Of a stretch of 64,000 nucleotides of DNA, positions 11,192 to 23,483 are shown one piece after another (position 1 is the first letter of the stretch; each line of letters begins with the position of its first letter). The stretch comes from Podarcis erhardii. Lineage: Eukaryota. The notes beneath the pieces are model-generated. The model saw nothing but the letters and a program-made list of their open reading frames with translations. It searched no databases and was not told the origin of the DNA. The stretch lies in assembly GCA_964252035.1 (NCBI GenBank), contig OZ176201.1. One strand, written 5' to 3'. A program made the position numbers and the translations under genes.

Positions 11192-14100
11192 CCATAAGGT
11201 CCACCCTCCATGCATTGCAAATGTTGTCTTTGCTTCGTTTTCCATTTTGAAATACAGCACAACTTGTGAAGTTACACATGGCTAAGGCAACTGCCATATT
11301 ATGCCAGTGGAGCCTTTTTACTGCCATAGATCGTTATGTCCTCTTGGTCTGTCCTGTCAGAAATGCCTTCCCTTTTTTGTGATTAATCCCTCAACAGGAA
11401 AAATTGCACTCAGTTAGGTGGAAATGATCAAGACAATTGTAAATGAAAGTTCTCATCTTCTGCAAAGGTTGCAGCACAAGGTCAGGAATAGTGACAAATG
11501 CGGAACTGCCAAAAAAAAATTTTTTTTTTAATAGTTTCAGTGAAAATCCAAGTGCTTCATTAAGGGCAGTGTGTGATACCCTTGTTCCATTGGCAAAAGA
11601 TTTTACACTTTTGTAAAACGCAATGGGACTTCCCCTCCTTCCTCTGCATCCTCTCCAGATCTGCTCTGGAGGCTTAGGAGGGACCCAGAGTAGATTTAGA
11701 GGATGCACAGAAGAAATGGAAGGGAAGTGCAAGCATAAATTATTGTGCTAAAAGAATAAAAGGCTTAGAATTGCTTTGGATAAAAGCCTGAGACCACACA
11801 CTTTTTTCTGTTTCCCCCATCATCAAACTCAGTAATATATGACAGACTGTGTGTATAATTCCTCTAAATAGTTTTCACTGTATTATCATTTCTTTTGCGG
11901 CATTTCTGTTCAGCTGTCAGTTTTCAGTACTATTTTCCTTCCTTTTTTAAACAATATTATAAACTTTTAGTTGTGGGCAAGCTTTATAAGGGGTGGGAAG
12001 AGAGAAGGGTGATAATCAACTTCAGTTATTAAGTGATCATCTCTTTCCCACCCCCACCTAGCAGAAAATCCTTTACAGGTGATGTAGAAATGGTTCACAT
12101 TGTGTTGTTTGTTTCTAACTCTTCAGCTGCCTTCTGAATGCAGATGACAAACAGTGGCCAGCTGTATGGTTGTTTTTGGTAGCTTCAGGGACGTCCGTGA
12201 TTTCCATCCATTCAAATTGGTCCAAGCTACTGAACTATTCCCATCTCCAGGGTTTTCAGGGCCAGACCAATTTGCCCTTATCACAACAGAGTTGCTGTAG
12301 GCTTTGTGAATTTACAAGCTGTTTCTCATGTTTATTGATGGTCTGATGTTTGGCAATAGTCTAAGATTTTATTTTTATTTTTTTAAAAGTGAAGAATCAT
12401 TTCTACTGCAACTAAATCATTCCCTCTCCTCTGCCTCCCCCCCCATTTTCTTTCTTCCTTCCTTCCTTCCCTCCCTCCCTCCTCCCCCCCCCCTCTTTCT
12501 TGGCTTACATAAAGCTCACTTTCCAAGTGTAAGACCTCTGGGAAAGGAAACTGAAGTAATTGAATTGGATTAGACAAGCCAGCAGAACAAAGTCACATTC
12601 CATGAGGTTTTTTCCAGTGTTGAGTAGCTGAATTGTAATTATTTAAGGATTAGTGCAAGTCTAAGATGTGGTCTACTCTGAATACTCGTCTTCAGCATGT
12701 ATAAACAAAAGCAAGCGGTAATATATGCTGTTTAAACTTCTTTTTATCTATAATAGATTTCTTTTAGAGCTGTAGGAACTTGAAAAAAATCCAGCATGGT
12801 GGGTAAGCGCTCTTATTGTTTTTCAATAAAGAATTAAATCCTTGAAGCTCACAATCCTAAGGAGAGCTTAATTAAGAATACTTACTCCTGATTTGAATTT
12901 CATTCACTCCTATTTTACTGGTTCTTTCTCTGAAGTGTTATTGGAGAAATTGGGCTATTTTATAGACCATCTTGCCTACCAGAAATTTGTCATTGCTTCC
13001 CAAAGTTACCAACTTCCCACTTTCTCCCAGACAGGAAAAAAATTGAAAGAAATTCTATAGCAGTGGTGGAGAACTTCCAGCCTGCAGGCCAAATAAGTTC
13101 CATCAGTCTCCACCCACCTGTCAAAGTAAACAGCAGAAACTATGGAAAGTCAGAGTTTGGCCTGTTGACCAGAACCAGTTCCTACCTCTGTGCTACACGG
13201 TTTTTCTTTGGATGTGAGAGGACTGGAATCTTCAACATATTGGTTTCTAAATGTACAAGCAAAATAGGCTCATTAATTCATTTGGGTTATACTCCACACT
13301 GTCCATGTGTGAGTTGAACAGACTTCTACTCATGCAACACAAGTTCACTTGCCTTTACCTTGTACCTCCAAATATGATTCTAGGGGCATGCAGGTGACTG
13401 TAGGGGGAGGAGAGGAAGGTCAAAGTCTATTGCACCAGTGAAAGTCTGCTTGTGTAACTCTAGATTCTATCCAGAGTCCATATCACATGCAATGAAAAGA
13501 TGATGCTAATGGAATTGCATTTGCAAGTGATGCCTAGCTCCACGTGGCAAAAGTTGAGGTGGGCCAACACAAAAGGAATAATTATCAATTGGCTTGTCAG
13601 GAAGAAAGGAAGGTGAAGACATGGCATGACATTTTATTCTAGAATCAGTGGAGTACTTGGTTTTTCTACATAGTGCACACACAGTCTAAATCTATTGCAT
13701 ATCTTTGGCTCTGAAAAGCACTTCTTAAAAAATTGTTTAGTTCGGAAAATAAAAGCTGTTTACAGATTGATTCTGCATTACTCTGCAGTGTATCCATTTG
13801 AAAACAGATGTAGGCAGTCCTAGCAATGACGAGTCTATTTACATCTGCCCAATGGTATTGTGGGTGGGTGCATGCCAAGATTGCATTCATCACTTCCTTT
13901 TTCATTCACCTGGAGCACTGCAGGGAGGAAAACCTGATCAAGGGGAAGGATTTCAAACATGCATTAAGAAACCATACTCACCCTTGTGGGTGGCAGGATC
14001 TAGAATCTCAGTTGAAAGCAGTATGTTGAGAATGACAAAGTCTGATCAAATATTTGCTTTTAAAGACTAAAAAGCTTATCCAAATGTGTTGATCTTTTAC

Positions 14101-14823
14101 TGATGGAACTCAGGATAAGAGAACAATATACAGTAGTCGTTTTCATATTTTAATTTTGTGAATTGTAACCAACCACAAAGTCTAGGACCTGTGTAGAATC
14201 AGTTAGTGGAGACGTGCTCATTCTCACCCTCTTTTAGGCTCCTTTTCAATACTTTGTTGTATACATTACATCTGTGCTTTTACTTTCGAACATCATTTGG
14301 TTGTTGTGAATACCGCAATATATTCTTTCTTTTAAAAAATAGTAGAGAGGAACCCAAAGCAGTTGAAATCAAATGATTTCTTCCATTGAGGTTTTTTTTT
14401 TGTGTGTGTGTGTGTAGTGAGAATGCACACGTGTGATGTCTAGCAGAACTCAGATTTTGTTCCCTAATTGGGTGACATGACAGTCATGAAAAGGTTCAGT
14501 GCTTGAAGGGATCATGGAATGATGAGTCTGTCATCTCTCCACATTAATTCCTTCCCACAGCCACTGAGCTACTTCTCTCAACCACAGCATCCCACAAAAC
14601 TCTTAATTTCTATCAGTACACACACACACATAAACCAGCTGCATCAAAGCGGAAATGGGAGATCTGTAACCTTTGAAAATAATTAGGCATATCATATGGA
14701 TGGCTTTTATATTTCCAAAAGAGAGCAGATAAGTCATAATTTCTTTGTCCCAAGTTTTTGTGTAACTTGGAAAACTAGTATGCAGCTTGTGCATAAGCTG
14801 CTTGTTCTTTGTTGTCTTCCATT

Positions 14824-14825
<2 letters not shown>

Positions 14826-14861
<36 letters not shown>
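14826..14861. repeat. (AAT)12 microsatellite
   Basis: Read directly from the sequence. Confidence 0.97.
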
Positions 14862-14863
<2 letters not shown>

Positions 14864-15522
14864 CTGCAGACCTATTAAGAGTTATGACTGACAACATGGA
14901 GAGAAAGAGTGTGTGTTTCTCCTATTTATCCTTGCCTCACCTTCCTCTGTTTCACCTCTGTCAAATTTTACATTGTATATTCCTCAGAGCAGGGGCCTGT
15001 TCTCTTGCTCTTTATAGAGTGCTTTGCACTCTGTATTTATTTATTTGATTCCATTTATGAATCACTTCCTCAAAAATATCTCAAAGCAACTTCACAGTTA
15101 AAAGCATTAGCATTGGAACAGTTCCATATGTAAAACCAAAACCAAAAAAACTCTCCACTGTTTGGAGGTTTTTTAGGAAACACCCTCCCCCCCCCAAAAA
15201 AAAATACAGTGGTATATAAATTTTATGAAATAAAATAAAAAAGACATACATACATATACAAGCATTTCAGAGCCAAGATAGATACATTGGGTAAACATCT
15301 CCACTTTAAAAGGTTTGTTGAAAAAGGAAGGTGTACAACAGGCCCTGAAAATGCAAGAGAAACCACACCTATCTGATGTGTAATGGGAGTTCCAGAGGAC
15401 AGATACCAGCACACTAAAGGCCTCAATAAATAAACAACAGTAATAGTTCTTTGCATCTCAAAAGCTAGCATATTTCCCTGAAAAGTAGTTGATCTTGTTA
15501 AAATACACTGCTTCCCTGAGTA

Positions 15523-15827
15523 CAGTGGTGCCTCGCAAGACGAAATTAATCCGTTCTGCGAGTCTCTTCGTCTTGCGGTTTTTTCGTCTTGCGAAGCACG
15601 GCTACTAGCGGCTTAGTGGCTATTAGCGGCTTAGCGGCTATTAACGGCTTAGCGGTTTAGCGGCTTTAAGAAAAAGGAAACAAACTTGCAAGAACTCGCA
15701 AGACGTTTCGTCTTGCGAAGCAAGCTCATAGGGAAATTCATCTTGCGAAGCACCTCAAAAAACGGAAAACTCTTTCGTCTAGCGAGTTTTTCGTCTTGCG
15801 AGGCATTCGTCTTGCGGGGCACCACTG
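15523..15827. mobile_element. Tc1/mariner (Tigger/pogo-like) MITE
   Basis: 22-bp TIRs CAGTGGTGCC(T/C)CGCAAGACGAA, TA TSD on both sides, repeated internal TTCGTCTTGCG motifs, and a (TAGCGGCT)-type tandem array. Confidence 0.95.
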
Positions 15828-16833
15828 TATGTGATTTTTGTTTGTGTTCTGTTCTGCTAGGCCAACACAGATAACTTATTTTGGTAATTCCAAGCTTCCT
15901 CAGGTACTCATGCTTTCTGAGTGCATTTAAGAGCATCTTTGTTTAAATGGTTTGTAAGCATTCATAAGGCTCTCAAAGTCCCAGCCGTCATTTTAACAGC
16001 TGGAATTGCAAGATGGGTCATGCACTACATAGTACTTTGGGGGCTATTATCCACTCCTGGCAGCCTAGTGGTTTGCCTTCAGCTGTCCTACATACGTATT
16101 TACTGCAAGAAGGACTACAGTGTTTTAGCACAGTCCTAGGAAGACAATAGGCTGGGAGCAAGCTATTTGTATGGTACAAACAAATGTTCCTTTTATAGCA
16201 GTTTATAAAACAAACAAACAACAGAATCCCTGCCTTTAATGGTGATGGATATGTGCATGGTTCAAGTGGCTAAGCAACAGTATAGGTTTAAATAAAAACA
16301 GATGTTGATGAATGCTGATGAACAAATACTGCCTTTTCTATCAGCTGCCAAAGGTCTACATGGCAGAGGATGAAAATAATGTGTGTAGCAGTAAATTCTT
16401 TAAGCTTCATTCACTTCCAGGTGGGCCACACAAAGATTTCCTACTTCCGATGTAGGAAATATCGTATTTCCTAATTGACTATCCATGCCATTGTCTTCAC
16501 ACAGAACTGTGCAGAATTATTAAGCACTGGCTGCCATTTTGGATTCAGTTTGCTTGCAGAATAATTTTTTTTTGCACTGTTCAGAAAGGTCTGAAAGTTT
16601 TGTTTTCTATTCAGAAAGTCAGTTTTGAAAAGGTCATTCAATTAATAAGAGAAGTGGGAAAGATTCTAAAAGGTTAAGATGGCTTACACCACAACCAGGA
16701 AGAAAAAAAAGTATCTTTGGATAGTAATGTAAATATACCTGTACCTTTTGAAACCCAAATAATTAGGCCACTCCTTAGGTATGGAAAAACAGAGTCAACC
16801 TCTGCAGCATTCTTTCTAAATACCTTCCAGCCG

Positions 16834-16921
16834 TGTTCCTCTTCCTGTGCCAGATCACCATGGAAACAATGTTAAATAGCATTATTTCCATAGAGATCTG
16901 ACTGACACAGGAAGGGGAACA
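16834..16921. other. Imperfect inverted repeat (about 40-bp arms, 8-nt loop)
   Basis: Left arm TGTTCCTCTTCCTGTGCCAGATCACCATGGAAACAATG; reverse complement of the right arm TGTTCCCCTTCCTGTGTCAGTCAGATCTCTATGGAAATAATG. Confidence 0.75.
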
Positions 16922-19503
16922 TGTCCAGAAGGAACCCAGAAGGCTGCAGGAATGGACAGTGTCACTGGTTGCAATTAGTGGCAGACAGGGTTTTAAAAAA
17001 AGAAGGTGGGGGGCACATTACATTTGTTCACCTGATCCGTAGAGTAAATTAATGTCTCCAGTCCCTGGAAATTATCAGAAATTTATCCTGTCCCACCGTA
17101 AATCTCTGGAGCATTTTCTTTCCTTCATGTTCTTCCTTCTTTCCTTTGCCTCCCACCATGAAAGCAAATAGAATCAACTTGGCTGAAAATATTGGTGTGG
17201 CTTTAGGTTATCTATTTTTAATAATGTTTTAATTGAACTTTTTTTGAAGATATAAATTGAAAAGGAAGCAAAACAAAACATGCAAATGGTGAGTTATTAA
17301 CATGACAGGCCTAAAACAGCTTAGAAACTATACATACTGATAATCTTAACACTTTATTCTATATATTTTCTTTCCAGGGTTTTTCTTTAATGAAGGGATG
17401 AAGGGATAACTTTAAAGGTCCATAGTCTAGGGTGTATCAAGGGCAGAAAGCTGGCATTATTAATTACATGTGAATGATCAATACACATTTTGCATATTTT
17501 CTCAAATGGATCTTCTATCATTTGGCCCCTGATTGCCCTTTGTTTCATGTTAGTTTCTGTAAAAGGGCGCTTTGCCGAATATTTTGGTACCACTGGTCAA
17601 TATTTATGTTCTGACATTTCTTCCATTTCTGAGCGACAACTGCTTGTACAGCCAATAGTAAATGACTCATACATAAATAGAAAAACATGGGTTCAAGTCA
17701 GCATACAAAGACACAATATATGGCAAGCAAAGTACTGTACAACAAATATATTCATCACAATGTACCCGATAGTATAAGGCATCTAGTACATACAAGCAGT
17801 ATTCCAGATCATCAAAATAAGTACAATATTACAATTAATGATATATTTTCATTATTTCCGACACAAGAAACATATTTAACAACACCAGTGTTGAAGATGA
17901 ATGTATCCATTGACCGTGATCTCACAGATTTCCTGGCATGCCAACTTTCAAAAAACTTCAGCTTTAGGTTATATGCTTCATCTTTATGACTGATCTAGTA
18001 TTCATTCAAAACTTATTATTTCTTACATCATCACCAGTGTTAAAGGAGTTCATTGTTAACATATGAAAATTTGAAAATACCATGTGATTCTAGTGGCCAT
18101 TGGCAGGAAGAAGGCAGGTAGACCAACAGCAAGTGGCCTTATAGCCAACTAGTTTTAGTTATGTCATTATCCTCCTCCCTCCTATATTCTACAAGGGCAA
18201 CACCGACTAGGGAAGAGGAAGTTAACAGGCAGTTCCGCACCTTGGACCAGGTTGTAGTAACACAGGCAGGTGGGGGCTGGCTGGGGGCAAACAAGGTGGT
18301 GGAGCAGGTCCCCCAAGAAACCTAATGGACCAACATCAACTGGGGATGCTTTTGCCACAGAGGTTTGTGTTAGGTCTTTGACTTTTTAGATGTGAAGCTA
18401 GTTTATCAATTAGAATCCTCTTCATGCGCTCTTTGTAGATGTCTCAATTTATTTTTCGTTTCCTAAATAAATCATATCCTTATTTAGCCATTCTTCATTT
18501 GCTTCTAGGGTCTTCAAAGATATTGCCAACAAAAAGTCTTAAATCACTTTCTTAAAGCACATTCTTCTTGACATACTATAAAGGGAGAATTAAGAATATT
18601 TTGTCATCTCTGGAATTAAATAAAAGTGTGTTCCAAGAAACAAATGTTGCAGTCCTATGAAAGGTTACTTGTGAATAAATCATATTGCATTCAGTGTGCC
18701 TTCTTCTGCATAGGACAAATGCACAGAATCCATCTTTATGACAGCTGCTCATTTTACCATTCTGGATCTGCACAAAACCCTAGCTGCTGGGCTACAAACC
18801 GACTGGATGATGGAGATATCTTGAGTTTAATGCTAGTATGAAATCTGGTGACTTACCCTTGCTTGTGAGTATTAAAGTTGACCAGAGCTGTTGTGAGTCT
18901 GACAAGCATGTACCATCCCTGAATGATTCACTGTACTGCAGTGAATACATATCTACTTTTACTAGTTGAGCAACAGTCATGGATTTAAATAAAAACCAGA
19001 TACTGATGAACAAATACTTCCTTTTCAATTAGCAGCCAAAGGCATCATTGCCGAGGATAGAAATCATCTGTACCAAGGAGCGGATGGGTGGGTGCACGTG
19101 TGCAAAATATTTATCTCACATTCATTTCCATTGGGCTTAGGTGAAAGACAAAGGCTTTCTTGTTGCTATGTTGAAAGCAACACACACCCTAACCATCATG
19201 CCATTTTCTTTGCATTACAATGTGCCCATGACGATAACAAAGCTCATTTTAAGTTCATATAGTAAGTGAGAGAGTTTATTGAGTCTGCTCTCATTTTATA
19301 TACAGACTGATAAAAACTTTAAGTGGCTTCTATGCACAAGAAGCCTCTGGTGTGATGGGCCCTGTTTTAGATAGTTTTGAGTCTGATACAAAGACACTGT
19401 TTTTAATGTTATTATGAAGGAATAGGCAGTAAAATGTTAGTGATCATCATGGAAGAGACTAGGTGGACTCACACATTTTCTCCACAAGTTTGTGTATCTA
19501 AAT

Positions 19504-19621
19504 CAGGGGTAAAGAATGTGTGGTCTTTCAGAGGTTGTTGGACTACAACTCCCAGCAGCCTCTGGGAAGATGGGAGTTGTAGGCCTAAAAAATCTGGAGG
19601 ACCACAGGTTCCCCATCCCTG
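19504..19621. mobile_element. Older hAT-type MITE related to the 8680 and 56894 copies
   Basis: CAGGGG...CCCTG ends, GGACTACAACTCCCA / TGGGAGTTGTAG internal palindrome, decayed 8-bp TSD ATCTAAAT/ACCTAAAA. Confidence 0.7.
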
Positions 19622-20619
19622 ACCTAAAATCACCATTGTGGAAGTAGAAAGTGCCATTCATTTGTTTGAACCAGTCTGCCAGGGATTCCTACACTCTTAT
19701 CAGGTTTCAGTGCTAATAATAATGCATCGAAGTGGAGCCTCAGTGTTTTACAACTGCCTTGCTGTCAGGAATGCTCAGCACGGGCCAAATTGCTTCCATT
19801 GCTGGGCCCCTTTTTCACATGTGACATTAAATTTTCTTTACACTTACCTAAGTGCTAGCATAAACGAGTATTAATCACCAGCTGAGATTTGTTGATGTTC
19901 TAATCTGGTTAGAAAGGGAGTTGACTAACAGTAATCACTTTAGCTACATGATGAAAAGACAGGGTAATCATCACTTACTGCACAGGAAACAGAGAAGCAA
20001 CCTTTCATCTGAGCTCAATATTGCAACTTGACTTGTTAAACTAGTACCAGTTCTGATGAGTGAAGGACTCAGGCACTAAAATTTTGCACCAACTGCACTT
20101 TGATCAAAAGATGTTTCTCTTCTGTCTACCTGACATTTGCTATAATTGGCCTTACCAATTTTCTTCACACTTCAGCTGTGCAGAATATGTAGCACATCAG
20201 TAGCAGGCTGTCTCCTTTTGATAACAGGCCCTTTTAATAAATCACTCATCCTTTCTATAATAATAAGTTATTCTGCTGCATTTTCTTCCTTCAGTTTTAT
20301 GTATTTATTTCATATCCTGCTACATAGCCTTTAAAAGGCCTTGGGGTCATGACAGTCATAACATTCTGGGCTGCCCCAATAGAATAATTTGGCATGAATG
20401 CTGAAATACCCTGACACTAAAAAAACTGGAGACTTCAAAATCATGTCTGAGACTACCTTAATGTAAGGGCTAAGCTGTAGGAGCTGAGAAACAGGAGCTG
20501 TGTCAGGAAGGCAGAGCCATTTTGGATGACTTGCACAAATTTATGGGAAAGAATAAGAATAAGGCTATCAGTGGGTACTGTCAGTTCTATAAGCCTCTGA
20601 CAATTTCTGGGATGCACTA

Positions 20620-20739
20620 TTGGGGAGAACCATGCTGCACTCAAGTCCATTTGTGAGCTTCTGAAGGCGTCTGATTGACCACCATGCTGGACTAGATGGG
20701 CATTTGGCCAGATGTAGCAAGGCTCTTCTTATGTTCTTA
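20620..20739 (+). mobile_element. CR1 LINE 3' tail fragment (old)
   Basis: ATGCTGGACTAGATGGGC...GGCTCTTCTTATGTTCTTA, a typical squamate CR1 terminus. Confidence 0.55.
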
Positions 20740-21589
20740 GGCAGGAGTCAGAGTCAAGGAATTCAGTTCCTCTGGACTTTGTTCAAACAAAGATCAAGAA
20801 AGCCCAATAGCCAGCTTGAGTGGGCAGCCCTAATCTCGAGTCTGAGATTAGTTCACTGCCCTAGAAGATGCTCCAAAACACAATACCTTGTGCATGGTTA
20901 TTAGTTCTGCTTCAGCTCTTCTTCTGCTGGGTAGAAGGATTGTCTCTATGACCAAGCACCAGGGACTTGTGTTCTGTATAGCCCATGGATTACCTGGAAA
21001 TGAAGACCAAATCTACTCAGAACACCACCACAATGCTGCTCTTCCCACTGAGGCAGAGCTGAAATTTCCCTTGAATAATTCTGTTAATGGGAGTTAATAA
21101 TTTTGCAAGTTGTATTCTTTCAAGTTCTCTCCCACTCCCTTCCATGACTATGATATAAATAAATCTGTATGATCTTCAGCAGAAGGATAGGGTTGAAGAA
21201 ACTGGACTCGGTTTGGTCCATACCAGTTTTGCATTTGACCAACTATTAGTTGTTGTGCATGTTTTTGAAAGACCATGTGTGGTGCTTGGAGCAGGAGCGA
21301 CACACTTTGAAATGGGGCTGGATTTGTCACTGTGGAGAACAGTATGTCATAAATGTCACAGAAACATTGTATGGGGCAAAATATGACCAATGCCCATCAT
21401 TGCATGGAAGCAGATAGCTTTCTTTCCTCTTCAAGCACTGTCTTTCTGTGGGATAGTATGTCATCATCTACCATGGGATAATATGTCAATACTGTGGGAT
21501 AATATGTCATCATCTACCATCCCACATAGGGCATTTCCAGCCCCATTCAAAATACTTGGAATCTGATTGCTTTCAAGCTGATCCAAGTA

Positions 21590-21795
21590 CAGTGCTACCT
21601 CGGCATGCGAACGGGATCCATTCCGGAGCCCCGTTCGCATCCCAAATGGAACGTAAGACGTGATGGCGCATCTGCGCGTGCGTGGGTCGTGTTTTGCCAT
21701 TTCTGCACATGCGCATGATGTCATTTTGAGCGCTATGCATGCACGAGCGGTGAAACCCGGAAGTAGCATACTCCGTTACTTCAGGGTTGCTGCGG
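21590..21795. mobile_element. Truncated Tigger-like MITE (left end only)
   Basis: TA|CAGTGCTACCTCGG start, CpG-rich body with CCCGGAAGTA...TACTTC; no right TIR found. Confidence 0.72.
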
Positions 21796-23403
21796 AGCTG
21801 GGGCTAGTGAGAATGTGAAGGAGCCATGCCCTCTTTTCTCCATGAGAAAGATTCATCAGGGCAGAGTGGAAGGGTGGATACTTGCCTCTGCAGAGCAGTG
21901 TGACTCCTGTTCCACCTCTGCCAAGGTTCCTGCTTTAGGGCAGGCATGTCCATAGCACGAGACAGGCAAAAATACTAATGGCAAACTGAAGGCACATCTG
22001 GAATAAAAATAACCATTTCTCTCTGAAATTATTAATTCCTTTTAAGTTGTGTAGACCTATCATGCTCTGAAGTCATAAATGATTGATAGCACAACTGAAT
22101 TAAAATATCAGCTCCATTGAGAACAATGGGACTCACTCTCAGGGTGTATTATGGATTATGATCATTTCATCCAGCCCAATCACCACCTTACCAGTATGGG
22201 AATGTTGTAAAATAAAAAGTAAAATAAAATAAGCTAGTAAAAATAAGGCATTTGCTTGCAAGACTGGCTTGGTGTATCCATTTTAGAGTGATAGAAGTAA
22301 TTGGCAAATAGATACTGAAAATAGTGAATGTTTTGCTGATTTGTTTTCCCCAAAATTAATTAAGAACCTATTTGATTGTTAAATATGCAAGAGACTTAAA
22401 TTGCATTGAATCCCAGAGTCTTCTGTTTCAAGAAAATATTTTAAATCTCATTTTTTAAAGAGATGTAATATAAACCAAGTAATGTCTTAACAGTTTGGGT
22501 GTAACAGTGAAACAATATATTGAACTTTTTTTAGTATGTGGCAATCACTAATCAGCAATCAGACATTTACGTCATTCTGCATATTTTGACGCAGCATTTG
22601 TACTGGAGACCAAAGTGAGACCCTATTAAAATATTTTTTATGTGCTTTGAAATGGAATTTGTCGGCTTGAAGTTCACTCAGGGAAAAGGACTGTGGTTTT
22701 GAACTAAGACCACACTTTGAATGGCAACAGAGGGTCATAAGTCGATTTCATTGTAAATACACAAATGGGGGTAAAATGCTTTACACATCAAGTAAATTGC
22801 TCTGAGCAAATAATGCAAGCATTTACAGTTACTATCCCTAAGTGCTATACTGTTTGTATAAATGCTTTGTGTAACCCTGTAGCTAATGGAAAGAAAATGA
22901 GCCATAATATCCAGAATATGGCAGAAAATGGTAGCCAATTATATAGCACAATTGGACCTTGATTCAGAGAAATGCACACAGGCATCCATATTTTTCTCCA
23001 AAGGAGTCATTTGGATGATGCACCAATGGATCTCCACAACTTTCAAGTTTAAAAAGCAGTATTGAAATTTAAAGCAAAAGCTTTAATGTAGGGAAGACTG
23101 CTGGGGGGATAACATTAACCAACACTGTTTCTCTCTTAATACTAAATTCCCCAAATGCCTTCTTAACTCAGATGAGTCCAACCCACAAGTGCAGAGTGGG
23201 AAAAGGCAAACCTTAGAGGCCAAACTGAGTTAAAATGAAAGGGCACTAAGGAAAAGGAAAATATTTATGCAAAACATCCACAATAAATTCAGTATAGCTG
23301 TTCAATGCAGACATTTCTGGCCATTTTTGCAGTGCCCTGAAAGCAAACAGTAATGTTTCTGAAAACAATGGCATATCCAAGCTGTCTGTTAAAATATCAC
23401 CAG

Positions 23404-23483
23404 ATTTCCCTGCACTGCTTAATTATAACTGATGCGAAATAATATTTCCCTGCACTGCTTAATTATAACTGATGTGAAATAAT
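23404..23483. repeat. 40-bp tandem duplication
   Basis: ATTTCCCTGCACTGCTTAATTATAACTGATG(C/T)GAAATAAT twice, with one CpG-type mismatch. Confidence 0.95.

Noticed and set aside
15600-15670. Short regularly spaced repeats superficially like a CRISPR array
   Set aside because: Eukaryotic DNA; no unique spacers; internal tandem array of a MITE.
18195-18345. GC-richer open frame ATPTREEEVNRQFRTLDQVVVTQ after a pyrimidine tract
   Set aside because: Both strands are open, the donor is weak and there is no recognisable homology; insufficient to call an exon.
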